NCBI RefSeq assembly: GCF_036365525.1
Contig: NC_090374.1
Span: 153,296,502 to 153,360,501 of the forward strand
DNA: 64,000 nt
Direction: 5' to 3'
From: Heterodontus francisci
Taxonomy: Eukaryota
Shown piece by piece: positions 25,417-36,677 of the stretch (its first letter is position 1; each line of letters opens with the position of its first letter). The notes below the pieces were generated by a model that was not told the origin of the DNA, did no database searches, and saw only the letters and a list, made by a program, of their open reading frames with translations. The position numbers and the translations under genes are program-made.

Positions 25417-25756
25417 GAGGAGGTGGTGGCATAGTGGTAATGTCACTGGGCTAGTAACCCAGACCACCCAGGCAGATGGTGAAATTTGAATTCAGTTAAT
25501 CTGGGAATTAAAAACTTAGTGTAATGGTGACCATGAAACCATTGTCGATTGTTGTAAAAACCCATCTGGTTCACTAATGTCCTTTAGGGAAGGAAATCTT
25601 CTGTCCTTACCTGGTCTGGCCTACATGTGACTCCAGACCCACAGCAATGTGATTGACTCTTAAAATGCCTTCTGAAATGGCCTAGCAATTAGGGATGGGC
25701 ATAAAAATGCTGGCTTAGCCAGCCACGCCCACATCCCACAATCGAATTAAAAAAAA
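25417..25756 (+). mobile_element. tRNA-derived SINE family B
   Basis: ggaggtggtggcatagtggtaatgtcactgg head, conserved core, A-tail. Confidence 0.85.
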
Positions 25757-27821
25757 GGTTCTGATATGAGTCAGATACTCCAGTCAACTGGAGGGTTATT
25801 GACCTTTAACCCAACAAATGAGAGCGTTTCATCTTGAAATTGCATTTATGAGGTGGATTACCTTTGCAGGCATTTCATAGTGAAATGTAAAATTGCTGAC
25901 TGTGCTCCTGGTTAACCTGTTTATTGCAGTATTATGCCAGGTGAAAGGTTATGGTTGTTTTTGATGAGCTGTTTTCTTTTGTATTGTATGACTTTGATGT
26001 GTCTGAAAAGTGTGGTAAGGCTGCTATTCATTACATGTTAATTTCCATTTTCCTACAATGCCTTCACTGGACCAGATGACTTTTGATTCCATTCTGTTAT
26101 GGCACGTTTTTTCTTTATGGTCAGTAATGGTAGGTATCAACATTTAGTTTGCAATAACAAAAGTTACCTGGCATGGTATGTTCCTTAAGTTATTCAGTCA
26201 GATTTTTGTACATTGCCTTTATTTTATAATATTGTTGAAATTACAATACAGGAGGAATCCATTAAACTCAACGTGCCTGCACCTATCCTAACTCTTTAAT
26301 GGGCACTACCTACTCTACTTCCAATTTCCTGCCCTTTTCTCATACCCTAGGGAATGTCTGTCATTTGAGGATGGGGGAATGTGGCCTTTTTTGCTGAAGG
26401 GGAAAGTACTCGCCAACACATTGCACAAGGGGTTTGCTGCCCCGGGAGGAAGTGCATCTGACCTGGAACTGCATCTGCTGTAATTACAAGACTAGTATTA
26501 GTTCTTATGGACTCCTACACTCTGACTGTGGTTGAGCAAGTACCCTCAGTTGGTTTTGGCTCCCTTTTTTTTTAAAGTCCTACAAATCACAAGATCCATC
26601 CTTCCCCAGATACCCAAACTGCCTAACAACAGAAGTACATGGGAGGAGAATGTAAGCCTATGTTAACTGTTAGCTAAACTCATCCCATACACTCAACATA
26701 ATGAAGCATGATCAGCAAACTATAAATCTGAGACTCCCATGTTTCACAGCCCACCTTTATACCAGAGCCATGATTCTATTGCACTGGCTGTTCAGCCTGC
26801 TCTGTCCCTAGAAAAGTGCCAGCAAAGGACCGATATGTTTTCCTGCAAGTACAGTACAAATCATATACTATATGCACATTTTAAAGAAAATCTGATAGAT
26901 ATGTGACCACCTACGATCAATATATTAAAGTATCTTTTCCTCCTTATTTTATAACAATTGCAGAAAAGATCCTGTTTTATCATAGTGATAAAAGAACATT
27001 TTAAGTGTCTATTTTTAAACTTGCCTTACTGTCACCATGTTGAAATCTAATATTCTTGAGAGATCCTAAATGTTGTTTGACCTTCCTCACTCCAAGCATT
27101 GTGATGGTGTAATGATGACCAAGCTCAGTGGAGTATTACTGAAAGTAGTACATGCATGTCATTAGAAAGTTTTTGGCAGTATTAGTGTCTTTGTACATGC
27201 ATGTGTATAGTCATGTCAGTGGATTGTTGTACCTTTCCAGTATCTGTGATGCTATAGTATTGCATTGTCCTTCAAGTATCTGTTCTTTGTGTTGATGTTC
27301 TGGTGCTGGGCCAAAAACATTAAGAAGATTCAGGTGGCTTCAGATGGAGTGAATTCCTAGAATGGTTATCTTTAAGGTTAAAGACTGTAATTCATAATTT
27401 ATTTTCACAAATGGGAAGTTGCTTAAAAGCATAGAAATATAAGTGATCAGCGAGACGATGGTTGGATACCAAAAAAAAAACTATATGTAACTGCTCAAGA
27501 TCATTCCAGGCAGTTCACTGAAGTCCAGAAGTTCGTTGTGAGACTGATGGAATTTTAAATTTCATGTGCACCTTGTCATTGTGATGAAAGCATTAAATCT
27601 TTGTTTTTAAACTGTAGCTGAAAGCGCATGCACTCTGCAAACTATATGGATCATAAATTGAAATAAGATAGCCAATTATTTCATGCACTTTAATTCAGTT
27701 ACGTATATGTACCCCCAGACCATTCAGTGATAACCACATGACACTGTCAGAAGGGTCAGTGAATACTTTGTTATAATGTGCGGTCCAGTAACTAAAGGTT
27801 TCTATTCATGTATTTCAACAG

Positions 27822-29866
27822 GCGAGAAGCCATTTAAATGTGATCAATGCAACTACGTAGCATCAAACCAGCACGAGGTGACACGGCACGCCAGACAAGT
27901 TCACAACGGACCCAAACCTTTAACCTGTCCTCACTGTGAATACAGAACAGCTGACCGCAGCAACTTCAAAAAGCACGTTGAGCTCCATGTGAATCCACGC
28001 CAGTTTCTGTGTCCTGTCTGTAAGTATGCGGCTTCCAAAAAGTGCAACTTGCAGTATCACATAAAATCCAAGCACCCGCATTGCAGTGACATTACCATGG
28101 ATGTGTCAAAGGTGAAGTTGCGTACCAAACGAGTTGAACTAGATATTCCTATTGCCAAAATGGGCAAGAAAATGTCTGACAAACTGCAACTGAAAAGAGC
28201 CGAGAATCCGGATGTGATTGCTGCCAAGCCTGAAAAAAGTACATCTTTGTCAAAGGAGCGAGGTTTCAGCTCAAAGAGTCAAAGGATGAAAACTCGAAAT
28301 CATAAAATTTTCAACAATAAGCTCCCTTCAAGGAAAAGGGAAACTAATGCAGAGAAGGTAAGGAAAATGAAAGGTAGAAAAAGAAAGAGGTGCTCAACAG
28401 AGGTGTCTTTGCAGCAAAAGCCTGCAGTTGAGACCCATACAGAGGTGAAAAGGAGGAAAATATGGAAAGCTAAAGAGTTGGTCGAATGTGAAACACAGAA
28501 AAGCAGAATCAAATTGGACAAGTCTTCACACAAGAAAAATCTTAAATGCAAACAAGCTAAGAAGAAAAACAAAAAGTATAAAAAAGCCCGTGTACTTTCT
28601 GCTGGTGCTGATCCAGATAAGGGTAAGAAATCCGATCAGCCAGAGCATCAACCAATTCTCTCTAAAAAGAAAAGAAATTACTCCAGAAGTTCTTCATGCA
28701 GTAATCCTATTGCTGAAGGTGTGTGCAAGAGAGAGGCCCAGAATGCAGAACCATTCTTGGATATTGTGATGACTGAAATTCCACTTGACACTGTTGTTGA
28801 ACAAAATGAAAATCCTCTTGATTTGCATGCTGCAAAAACGACTGGTGAAATGGCGCCAAAGACCTCGAAAGAATTGCAAACGTCACCTGACCTGTTAACT
28901 GTCTCTGAATCAAAGGAACAAAAATTGAGTGAAAAGATGATAAACAAAAGTGATGAGTTGCTTTGTGTCGAAGAACCTCCTGTAGCTTATACGGAACAAA
29001 CTGGGGTTCCTACTCGCAGTTCTGGGAAAACAGAACATGCAACTTACTCACCCAAGACCTGCAATGACCTGAATAACTCTGAGGCAAAAGAGATGAGTGA
29101 AGAAACTAGCTTAATTTCTGATGTTGAACAAGGAAGGTCTGTTCAGGTGGTTGGTATTGAACTTCCAAACTCAAACAATCCAAATAAAGATCCACATGGC
29201 ATTGATGACCAGGAGGAGGTCTGGGATAGCATGGGTGACCAGATAGCGCTTCAGGATGACCAGATGGCAGTCCAGGATGACCAGCTGGAGGTCCAGGGTG
29301 ACCAGTTGGAGGTCCAGGGTGACTACAGTGGGCAAATGGAGATCTGCAGAGACCAGCGTGTTCAGGTGGAGGTCCAGGGCGACGAGAGTGGGCAGGTGGA
29401 GGTTCGGGCTGACCAGAACAAGTTGCGGGATGTTAAAAAGGTTCCAGATGACCAGAAGAAACTCCAGTTTAGTGCAAATGAGGTCCAGGATAGCAAGACT
29501 AACCAGGACAAGGTCCAAGATGATGATGATAAGGTCCAGAGTAGCAAGCAGGATCAGAACAAAAAACAGAACAAGGATGAGATGGTGGAAATAGATGAAG
29601 ATGAAGGCATTCACAGCCATGAAGGAAGTGATATCAGCGAAGATTCAGAAGGAAGTGATGACTCTGGTCTGAATGGAACAAAGTCCACTTCTGATGACAA
29701 GGCCAACAAAAGGACACTAGAAGAAGGTGTGATTGATGCTCCAGAGAATTTTGTTTGTATATTCTGTGACCGTATATTCAGTGTGAAAGGAGAGTTTACC
29801 AAGCACCTTAATCGCCACTTGGTAAATGTATATTATCTTGAGGAAGCAGCAAAAGGCCAGGAATGA
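27822..29866 (+). CDS. REST: REST last coding exon (zinc fingers 6-8, Lys-rich region, repeats, degrons, zinc finger 9)
   Basis: Acceptor ttcaacag|GC GAG AAG at 27821/27822. Encodes EKPFKCDQCNYVASNQHEVTRHARQVH, two more fingers, DEGIHS, SEGSDDSGL and the terminal FVCIFCDR..KHLNRHLVNVYYLEEAAKGQE-stop typical of REST. Confidence 0.97.
29237..29410 (+). repeat. Coding tandem repeat inside REST: 4 x 21 bp followed by 3 x 30 bp
   Basis: Units such as gaccagctggaggtccagggt (DQIALQD, DQMAVQD, DQLEVQG, DQLEVQG) at 29237-29320, then 10-aa units DYSGQMEICR, DQRVQVEVQG, DESGQVEVRA. Confidence 0.9.
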
Positions 29867-32220
29867 GTACGGTCTTGAAATTTGGTGAGCTTTCCCCAAA
29901 TATTAATAATACCTGTTACAAAATGATGCAAATCACACTAATGTGATTGGATTTGAGTTTTTTTGCCTTTCCTTCACAGAACTGTTTGTTGCTAACTGCA
30001 TGTATTTCCTGCTCTTTCAAGTTTTCTGTTCATTCAGAGGTAGTACAACAGCACTCATTCACACATGATGGCTATGTCTGTTAATCATGCTTTGTAGCAG
30101 TTAAATCAACCACTGATTTTGAATTTTCATTGCACTATATTACTCAAGAAACTGTTTCATTTAATCTGATACAGCAGTTCTGTTTCATCCCATTGTAAAT
30201 ACTTGGTAACACTGGACATAGAAACTTTTTTCTGTTTTACATGACCCAGGGTTTAAGCTAATGTACAATGATTATCATAGCTGTTCATAATTTAAAAATT
30301 CAAGATAGTCAGTGGTTGAATGAAAGAAATCAAACTGTGTTAAGTGTTTGATTTGGATATTTCCTTTGGTAGTGTTAAAAGGATGGCCTTTCATCGAGCA
30401 GCCTTGCATTTCAAGGGCATTTGTGCCCAAGGTGCATTTTAATCTTGATGTACAATGCATGGAATTAGCTCATTTTCGCAGACATACATTTTCGGCAATA
30501 TTTCATTAAAAGTTAATCCCATTTTATCTTTTTAAAAAAATCATACATTTTTATATTGACAGTTCAGAGCTTTTTCAAGATGACATGTTAAAATATCCTG
30601 CTTTTTCTTCAAATCACAGGAGTGAGCACTTTGCAAGATGATACCACATCTCAAGTAACTAATGTTACATGCCATGATACTTATTTAGGAGTTTGTAGCA
30701 AACAGTTTTTGGTAGCCACACAAGAAAATGATCCAATATGGTGCTTAAACAGCTTATAAAATTGCACGATATTAGCAATCAACTATGCAATATAATTAAT
30801 TAGTGATAGTTTATATATAGAAATGTTTTTTTCTGTATCATGTTTTTATATTTGTGTGTTTAACCAGCAGTTTGGGACTTGATAATTAACCAAACCACTG
30901 TGCAGTGAACTGACGGGGGGGTGGGGGGGTGCGAGTTGTCCTGGTAAAATGCTAAATAGGTTCCATCTGTATTGGGCGGTGACACCCCAAATAAGCAGAG
31001 GTGTAAAAATCGCTGTCTTGCATCTTTTTCAGTTGAAGAGCTATCATTCGAGGGTGCCTTCTTGCCAGCATTCTGTGCAGTAGCACCTACAGCTCTCGGC
31101 AATATGGGAATTCCTCGTGGGCATTTGTAGATCATCTGTTATAAATGGAACTGATTTGGTCCCAATATGTTGAGATATCTGTTTAATCTGTCTCTAACCA
31201 GTGCAATGGCCTTTACTTCATATGAGGACCTGTTGCAGTTTTGGCACCACACTGAGAATAGTGTAAACCTGGTAGAATTATTGGAATGCAACACTTTGAA
31301 GGATTTGCTCACCTCTGATTGATTTAGCTGGTGAGTTGGTATGGCCAAAGAACATAAATTACTGTGATTTCCATTTGTTTTTTCCTTCTCCTGACTTAAT
31401 GATATGATGTGTTTAGTATACTGTTTGGAGTAGCCACTTTTGTTTAAGAATATGGAAAATAGTTTAAATGCTGAATAGCATTTTCTTTGCTTTGACAATC
31501 ATGTTGACAAACTCATTGTATATCTGTGATCAAATTAAAGCTTGTGTTTACATGGATTTTTAACTGTAATTTGCTTCTCTTATAGTTTGTGGTACTCTTT
31601 ATTACACAAGTCTTGAATTCATTTTGGTAAATTTTATTAAAACTCAATTACAGTTAAAAATCTGTGACATTACAGTTTGAATAATGAATGCTCTAAGAGG
31701 TCCAGAGCTTCTGCTCATGCTAATATGAAAAATGCTTGTGCTTTTCAGTTCTAGAGTACTACTCGGCATGCTAAGTTTAATCTTTTTGGTACTAAAATGC
31801 TAAATAGCTACACCAGCAGCCCTGCATTTCCTGTGGTAGGTAGTTAGCATATGACAATTATGCAGTGAAACATTGTTTGTTTCAACTTAATTAAAAACTG
31901 CTCCTTCTCTTGGTTGTGGAAGACTTGTGTCCTAATTCTTAGAATCTCATTCACCCTCCTGAAGGAGTCATTTTAGATCGGGATCTGGGTTAGTTGGCAC
32001 ATGAGTTTTTGATTTACTTACCAGCTCATTCTAAATTTCCACTCTGCACAGTGACATCAACACACAGCATGAGGAATAAACACAGAATTGTTACTACTGA
32101 GTTCAGCATGAAACTTTGCTGTTTATGTTTGGTTTTATCATGCTCCCTTGTAATGAGAACATCTGTATGAGATCAACAACTATGCTGTAACCTTTAATAA
32201 GTTACAAACCTTCCACTAAA

Positions 32221-32372
32221 GGGGAGATTTTCGTGGGTCTACTCCCAGCTGCATCGGATCATTTGGGTACAGCAAATATTGGAAAATCAGGTGGGTTGAA
32301 GCATGTGAGTGAAAAGGAACCCACCTGATTTTCCGATAATCATTGTGTCCAGGAGTAGATTCAGGGAAACCT
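32221..32372. repeat. Inverted repeat (MITE-like hairpin)
   Basis: Perfect 17-bp arms ggaaaatcaggtgggtt (32281-32297) and aacccacctgattttcc (32318-32334). Outer arms tctactcc (32238-32245) and ggagtaga (32352-32359). Confidence 0.85.
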
Positions 32373-32476
32373 GAACATATACATTTTACCTGGCAGCAGA
32401 ATGCAGTGTTAAGACACCAGTGAAAACCTCCAAGTAACTGGGTGATGACTTTTGTTAACCATGATATCTCTTCAAT

Positions 32477-32482
32477 AATAAA
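32477..32482 (+). terminator. Candidate polyadenylation signal AATAAA
   Basis: Canonical hexamer about 2.6 kb downstream of the REST stop codon, with T-rich sequence downstream. Confidence 0.35.
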
Positions 32483-32859
32483 CAGTAGCTTACCAAAATT
32501 GTAATTTAGGCTTTTTAACTAAAATTGCAATCTCTAAATTAATTAAATACAAAATATTTTGCATTATCAATAATGCACACTGTTTTGATTTGCAGTGTCA
32601 CTGTACAAACCAAAGGTGGGAGCAGCCTCTCTACATAACCAGATTTTAAAGAGCTTTTATTAACAAAAAAAATGCAAAGGGATGAGTTTGTGCATTTTGC
32701 AATGCAATGTTAAATATATGCCTATCGTGACAGATTTAGATTTTTAAAAATTTGGTCAATTTCTCTGCACTTAAATCACAGTGTCCAACTACAGTAGGAA
32801 TTCCTGTAGATTTAGCTTTCTTGTTAGCTGGTAATTGTGCTGTTCTTATCTGAATGATT

Positions 32860-33200
32860 AAAATCATAGAATTTTTCAGTACAGAAGAAGGCCATTTAGC
32901 CAATTGTGCCTGTGTTGGCTCTTTGAAAGAATTAACTCATCCCACTTGCTCCTGCTAGTTCACCCATAACCATGCAAATATTTCCTTTTCAAGTATTTAT
33001 CCAATTCTCTTTTGAAAGTTAGGACTGAATCTGCTTCCACCATCCTTTCAGGCAGTGCATTTCAGATCATAACTCTCTGCATAAATAAAATTCTCCTCCC
33101 TTCACCCCTGGCTCTTTTGCCAATTATCTCCAACCTGTGTCCTCTGGTAACTGACCCATCTGCCATTGGAAACAGTTTTTCCCTGTCTACTCAATTTAAC
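32860..33200 (-). mobile_element. Old CR1 3' end fragment
   Basis: ctgcttccaccatcctttcaggcagtgcatttcagatc and the CR1 tail. Confidence 0.75.
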
Positions 33201-33311
33201 CTCTCTACTAAAAGCACTTTGGGTAGAAAGGTGACAAGATGCCAACTCGATCAAGGGGCTCATGGCTCAGTTTATGAACCTATTCTAAAAATGCATCTTC
33301 TACTTTTTTTT

Positions 33312-36300
33312 TAGAATTAGAACATTACAGCGCAGTACAGGCCCTTCGGCCCTCGATGTTGCGCCGACCTGTGAAACCATCTGACCTACACTATTCCATT
33401 TTCATCCATATGTCTATCCAATGACCACTTAAATGCCCTTAAAGTTGGCAAGTCTACTACTGTTGCAGGCAGGGCGTTCCACGCCCTTACTACTCTCTGA
33501 GTAAAGAAACTACCTCAAACATCTGTCCTATATCTATCACCCCTCAACTTAAAGCTATGTCCCCTCGTGTTTGCCATCACCATCCGAGGAAAAAGACTCT
33601 CACTATCCACCCTATCTAACCCTCTGATTATCTTATATGTGTCTATTAAGTCACCTCTCCTCCTCCTTCTCTCCAACGAAAACAACCTCAAGTCCCTCAG
33701 CCTTTCCTCAAGTCCCTCAGCCCTATTAACCTGGGTAGCAACTTTCAGGGATTTATGTACCTGGACACCAAGATCTCTCTGCTCATCTACACTACCAAGA
33801 ATCTTCCCATTAGCCCAGTACTCTGCATTCCTGTTACTCCTTCCAAAGTGAATCACCTCACACTTTTCCGCATTAAACTCCATTTGCCATCTCTCAGCCC
33901 AGCTCTGCAGCCTATCTATGTCCCTCTGTACCCTACAACATCCTTCGGCACTATCCACAACTCCACCGACCTTAGTGTCATCCGCAAATTTACTAACCAA
34001 CCGTTCTACACCCTCATCCAGGTCATTTATAAAAATGACAAACAGCAGTGGCCCCAAAACAGATCCTTGCGGTACACCACTAGTAACTAAACTCCAGGAT
34101 GAACATTTGCCATCAACCACCACCCTCTGTCTTCTTTCAGCTAGCCAATTTCTGATCCAAAGCTCTAAATCACCTTCAACCCCATACGTGCGTATTTTCT
34201 GCAATAGCCTACCGTGGGGAACCTTATCAAACGCCTTACTGAAATCCATATACACCACATCCACTGCTTTACCCTCATCCACCTGTTCGGTCACCTTCTC
34301 GAAAAACTCAATAAGGTTTGTGAGGCACGACCTACCCTTCACAAAACCGTGCTGACTATCGCTAATTAACTTATTCTTTTCAAGATGATTATAAATCCTA
34401 TCTCTTATAACCTTTTCCAACATTTTACCCACAACCGAAGTAAGGCTCACAGGTCTATAATTACCAGGGCTGTCTCTACTCCCCTTCTTGAACAAGGGGA
34501 CAACATTTGCTATTTTCCAGTCTTCCGGCACTATTCCTGTCGACAATGACGACATAAAGATCAAGGACAAAGGCTCTGCAATCTCCTCCCTGGCTTCCCA
34601 GAGAATCCTAGGATAAATCCCATCTGGCCCAGGGGACTTATCTATTTTCACACTTTCCAAAATTGCTAACACCTCCTCCTTGTGAACCTCAATCCCATCT
34701 AGCCTAGTAGCCTGAATCTCAGTATTCTCCTCGACAACATTTTCTTTCTCCACTGTAAATACTGACGAAAAATATTCATTTAACGCTTCCCCTATCTCCT
34801 CTGATTCCACACACAACTTCCCACTACTATCCTTGATTGGCCCTAATCTAACTCTAGTCATTCTTTTATTCCTGATATACCTCTAGAAAGCCTTAGGATT
34901 TTCCTTGATCCTATCCGCCAATGACTTCTCGTGTCCTCTCCTTGCTCTTCTTAGCTCTCCCTTTAGATCCTTCCTGGCTAGCTTGTAACTCTCAAGCGCC
35001 CTAACTGAGCCTTCACGTCTCATCCTAACATAAGCCGCCTTCTTCCTCTTGACAAGCGCTTCAACTTCTTTAGTAAACCACGGCTCCCTCGCTCGACAAC
35101 TTCCTCCCTGCCTGACAGGTACATACTTATCAAGGACAAGCAGTAGCTGCTCCTTGAATAAGCTCCACATTTCGATTGTGCACATCCCCTGCAGTTTCCT
35201 TCCCCATCCTACGCATCCTAAATCTTGCCTAATCACATCATAATTTCCTTTCCCCCAGCTATAATTCTTGCCCTGCGGTATATACCTGTCCCTGCCCATC
35301 GCTAAGGTAAACCTAACCGAATTGTGATCACTATCACCAAAGTGCTCACCTACATCTAAATCTAACACCTGGCCGGGGTCATTACCCAGTACCAAATCCA
35401 ATGTGGCATCGCCCCTGGTTGGCCTGTCTACATACTGTGTCAGAAAACCCTCCTGCACACACTGGACAAAAACTGACCCATCTAAAGTACTCGACCTATA
35501 GTATTTCCAGTCAATATTTGGAAAGTTAAAGTTCCCCATAACAACTACCCTGTTACTCTCGCTCCTGTCGAGAATCATCTTCGCTATCCTTTCCTCTACA
35601 TCTCTGGAACTATTTGGAGGTCTATAGAAAACTCCCAACAGGGTGACCTCTCCTCTGCTGTTTCTAACCTCGGCCCATACTACCTCAGTAGACGAGTCCT
35701 CAAACGTCCTTTCTGCCGCTGTAATACTCTCCTTGATTAACAATGCCACAACCCCCCCTTTTACCATCTTCTCTGTTCTTACTGAAACATCTAAATCCCG
35801 GAACCTGCAACATCCATTCCTGCCCCTGCTCTACCCATGTCTCCGAAATGGCCACAACATCGAGATCCCAGGTACCAACCCATGCTGCAAGCTCACCCAC
35901 CTTATTCCGGATGCTCCTGGCGTTGAAGTAGACACACTTTAAACCAAGTTCTTGCTTGCCAGTGCCCTCTTGCGTCCTTGTAACCTTATCCCTGACCTCA
36001 CTACTCTCAACATCCTGTACGCTGGAACTACAATTTAGGTTCCCATTCCCCTGCTGAATTAGTTTAAACCCCCCCGAAGAGCACTAGCAAATCTCCCCCC
36101 CCAGGATATTGGTACCCCTCTGGTTCAGGTGAAGACCATCCTGTTTGTAGAGGTCCCACCTACCCCAGAAAGAGCCCCAATTATCCAGGAAACCAAAACC
36201 CTCCCTGCTACACCATCCCTGCAGCCACGTGTTCAACTCCTCTCTCTCCCAATTCCTCGCTTCGCTAGCACGTGGCACGGGCAATAACCCAGAGATAACA

Positions 36301-36677
36301 ACTCTGTTTGTTCTCGCTCTCAGCTTCCACCCTAGCTCCCTGAATTTCTGCCTTAAATCCCCATCTCTCTTCCTACCTATGTCGTTGGTGCCTATGTGGA
36401 CCACGACTTGGGGCTGTTCCCCCTCCCCCTTAAGGATCCCAAAAACACGATCCGAGACATCACGAACCCTGGCACCTGGGAGGCAACACACCAACTGTGA
36501 GTCTCTCTCGTTCCCACAGAACCTCCTATCTGTTCCCCTAACTATGGAGTCCCCAATGACTAATGCTCTGCTCCTCTTCCCCCTTCCCTTCTGAGCAACA
36601 GGGACAGACTCTGTGCCAGAGACCTGCACCCCATTGCTTACCCCTGGTAAGTCGTCCGCCGCAACAGTATCCAAAAC
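33312..36677 (-). mobile_element. Young CR1 LINE (ORF1 esterase domain and ORF2), 5'-truncated, with an internal deletion
   Basis: ORF1 LVIGDSIVRG..CLPGARV..HIGTND..DGLHLN. ORF2 segments of 294 and 448 aa with few lesions (one frameshift near 35760, one stop at 34883). Confidence 0.96.

Larger units (their letters stand above)
29867..32482 (+). other. REST: Putative REST 3'UTR
   Basis: AT-rich, largely repeat-poor sequence directly after the stop codon, with AATAAA at 32075-32080 and 32477-32482. The true end cannot be fixed from sequence. Confidence 0.55.

Noticed and set aside
27776-27821. ATG at 27776 as the start of a separate 696-aa gene
   Set aside because: The first 46 nt are intronic. 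REST similarity begins at the acceptor at 27822, in phase with the upstream exon.
29237-29410. CRISPR-like or non-coding repeat array
   Set aside because: Eukaryotic context, no spacers, and the units are in-frame coding repeats within REST.
28300-29899. Several antisense and alternate-frame ORFs overlapping the last REST exon
   Set aside because: These are shadow ORFs from low-complexity and repeat codon usage, with no independent support.
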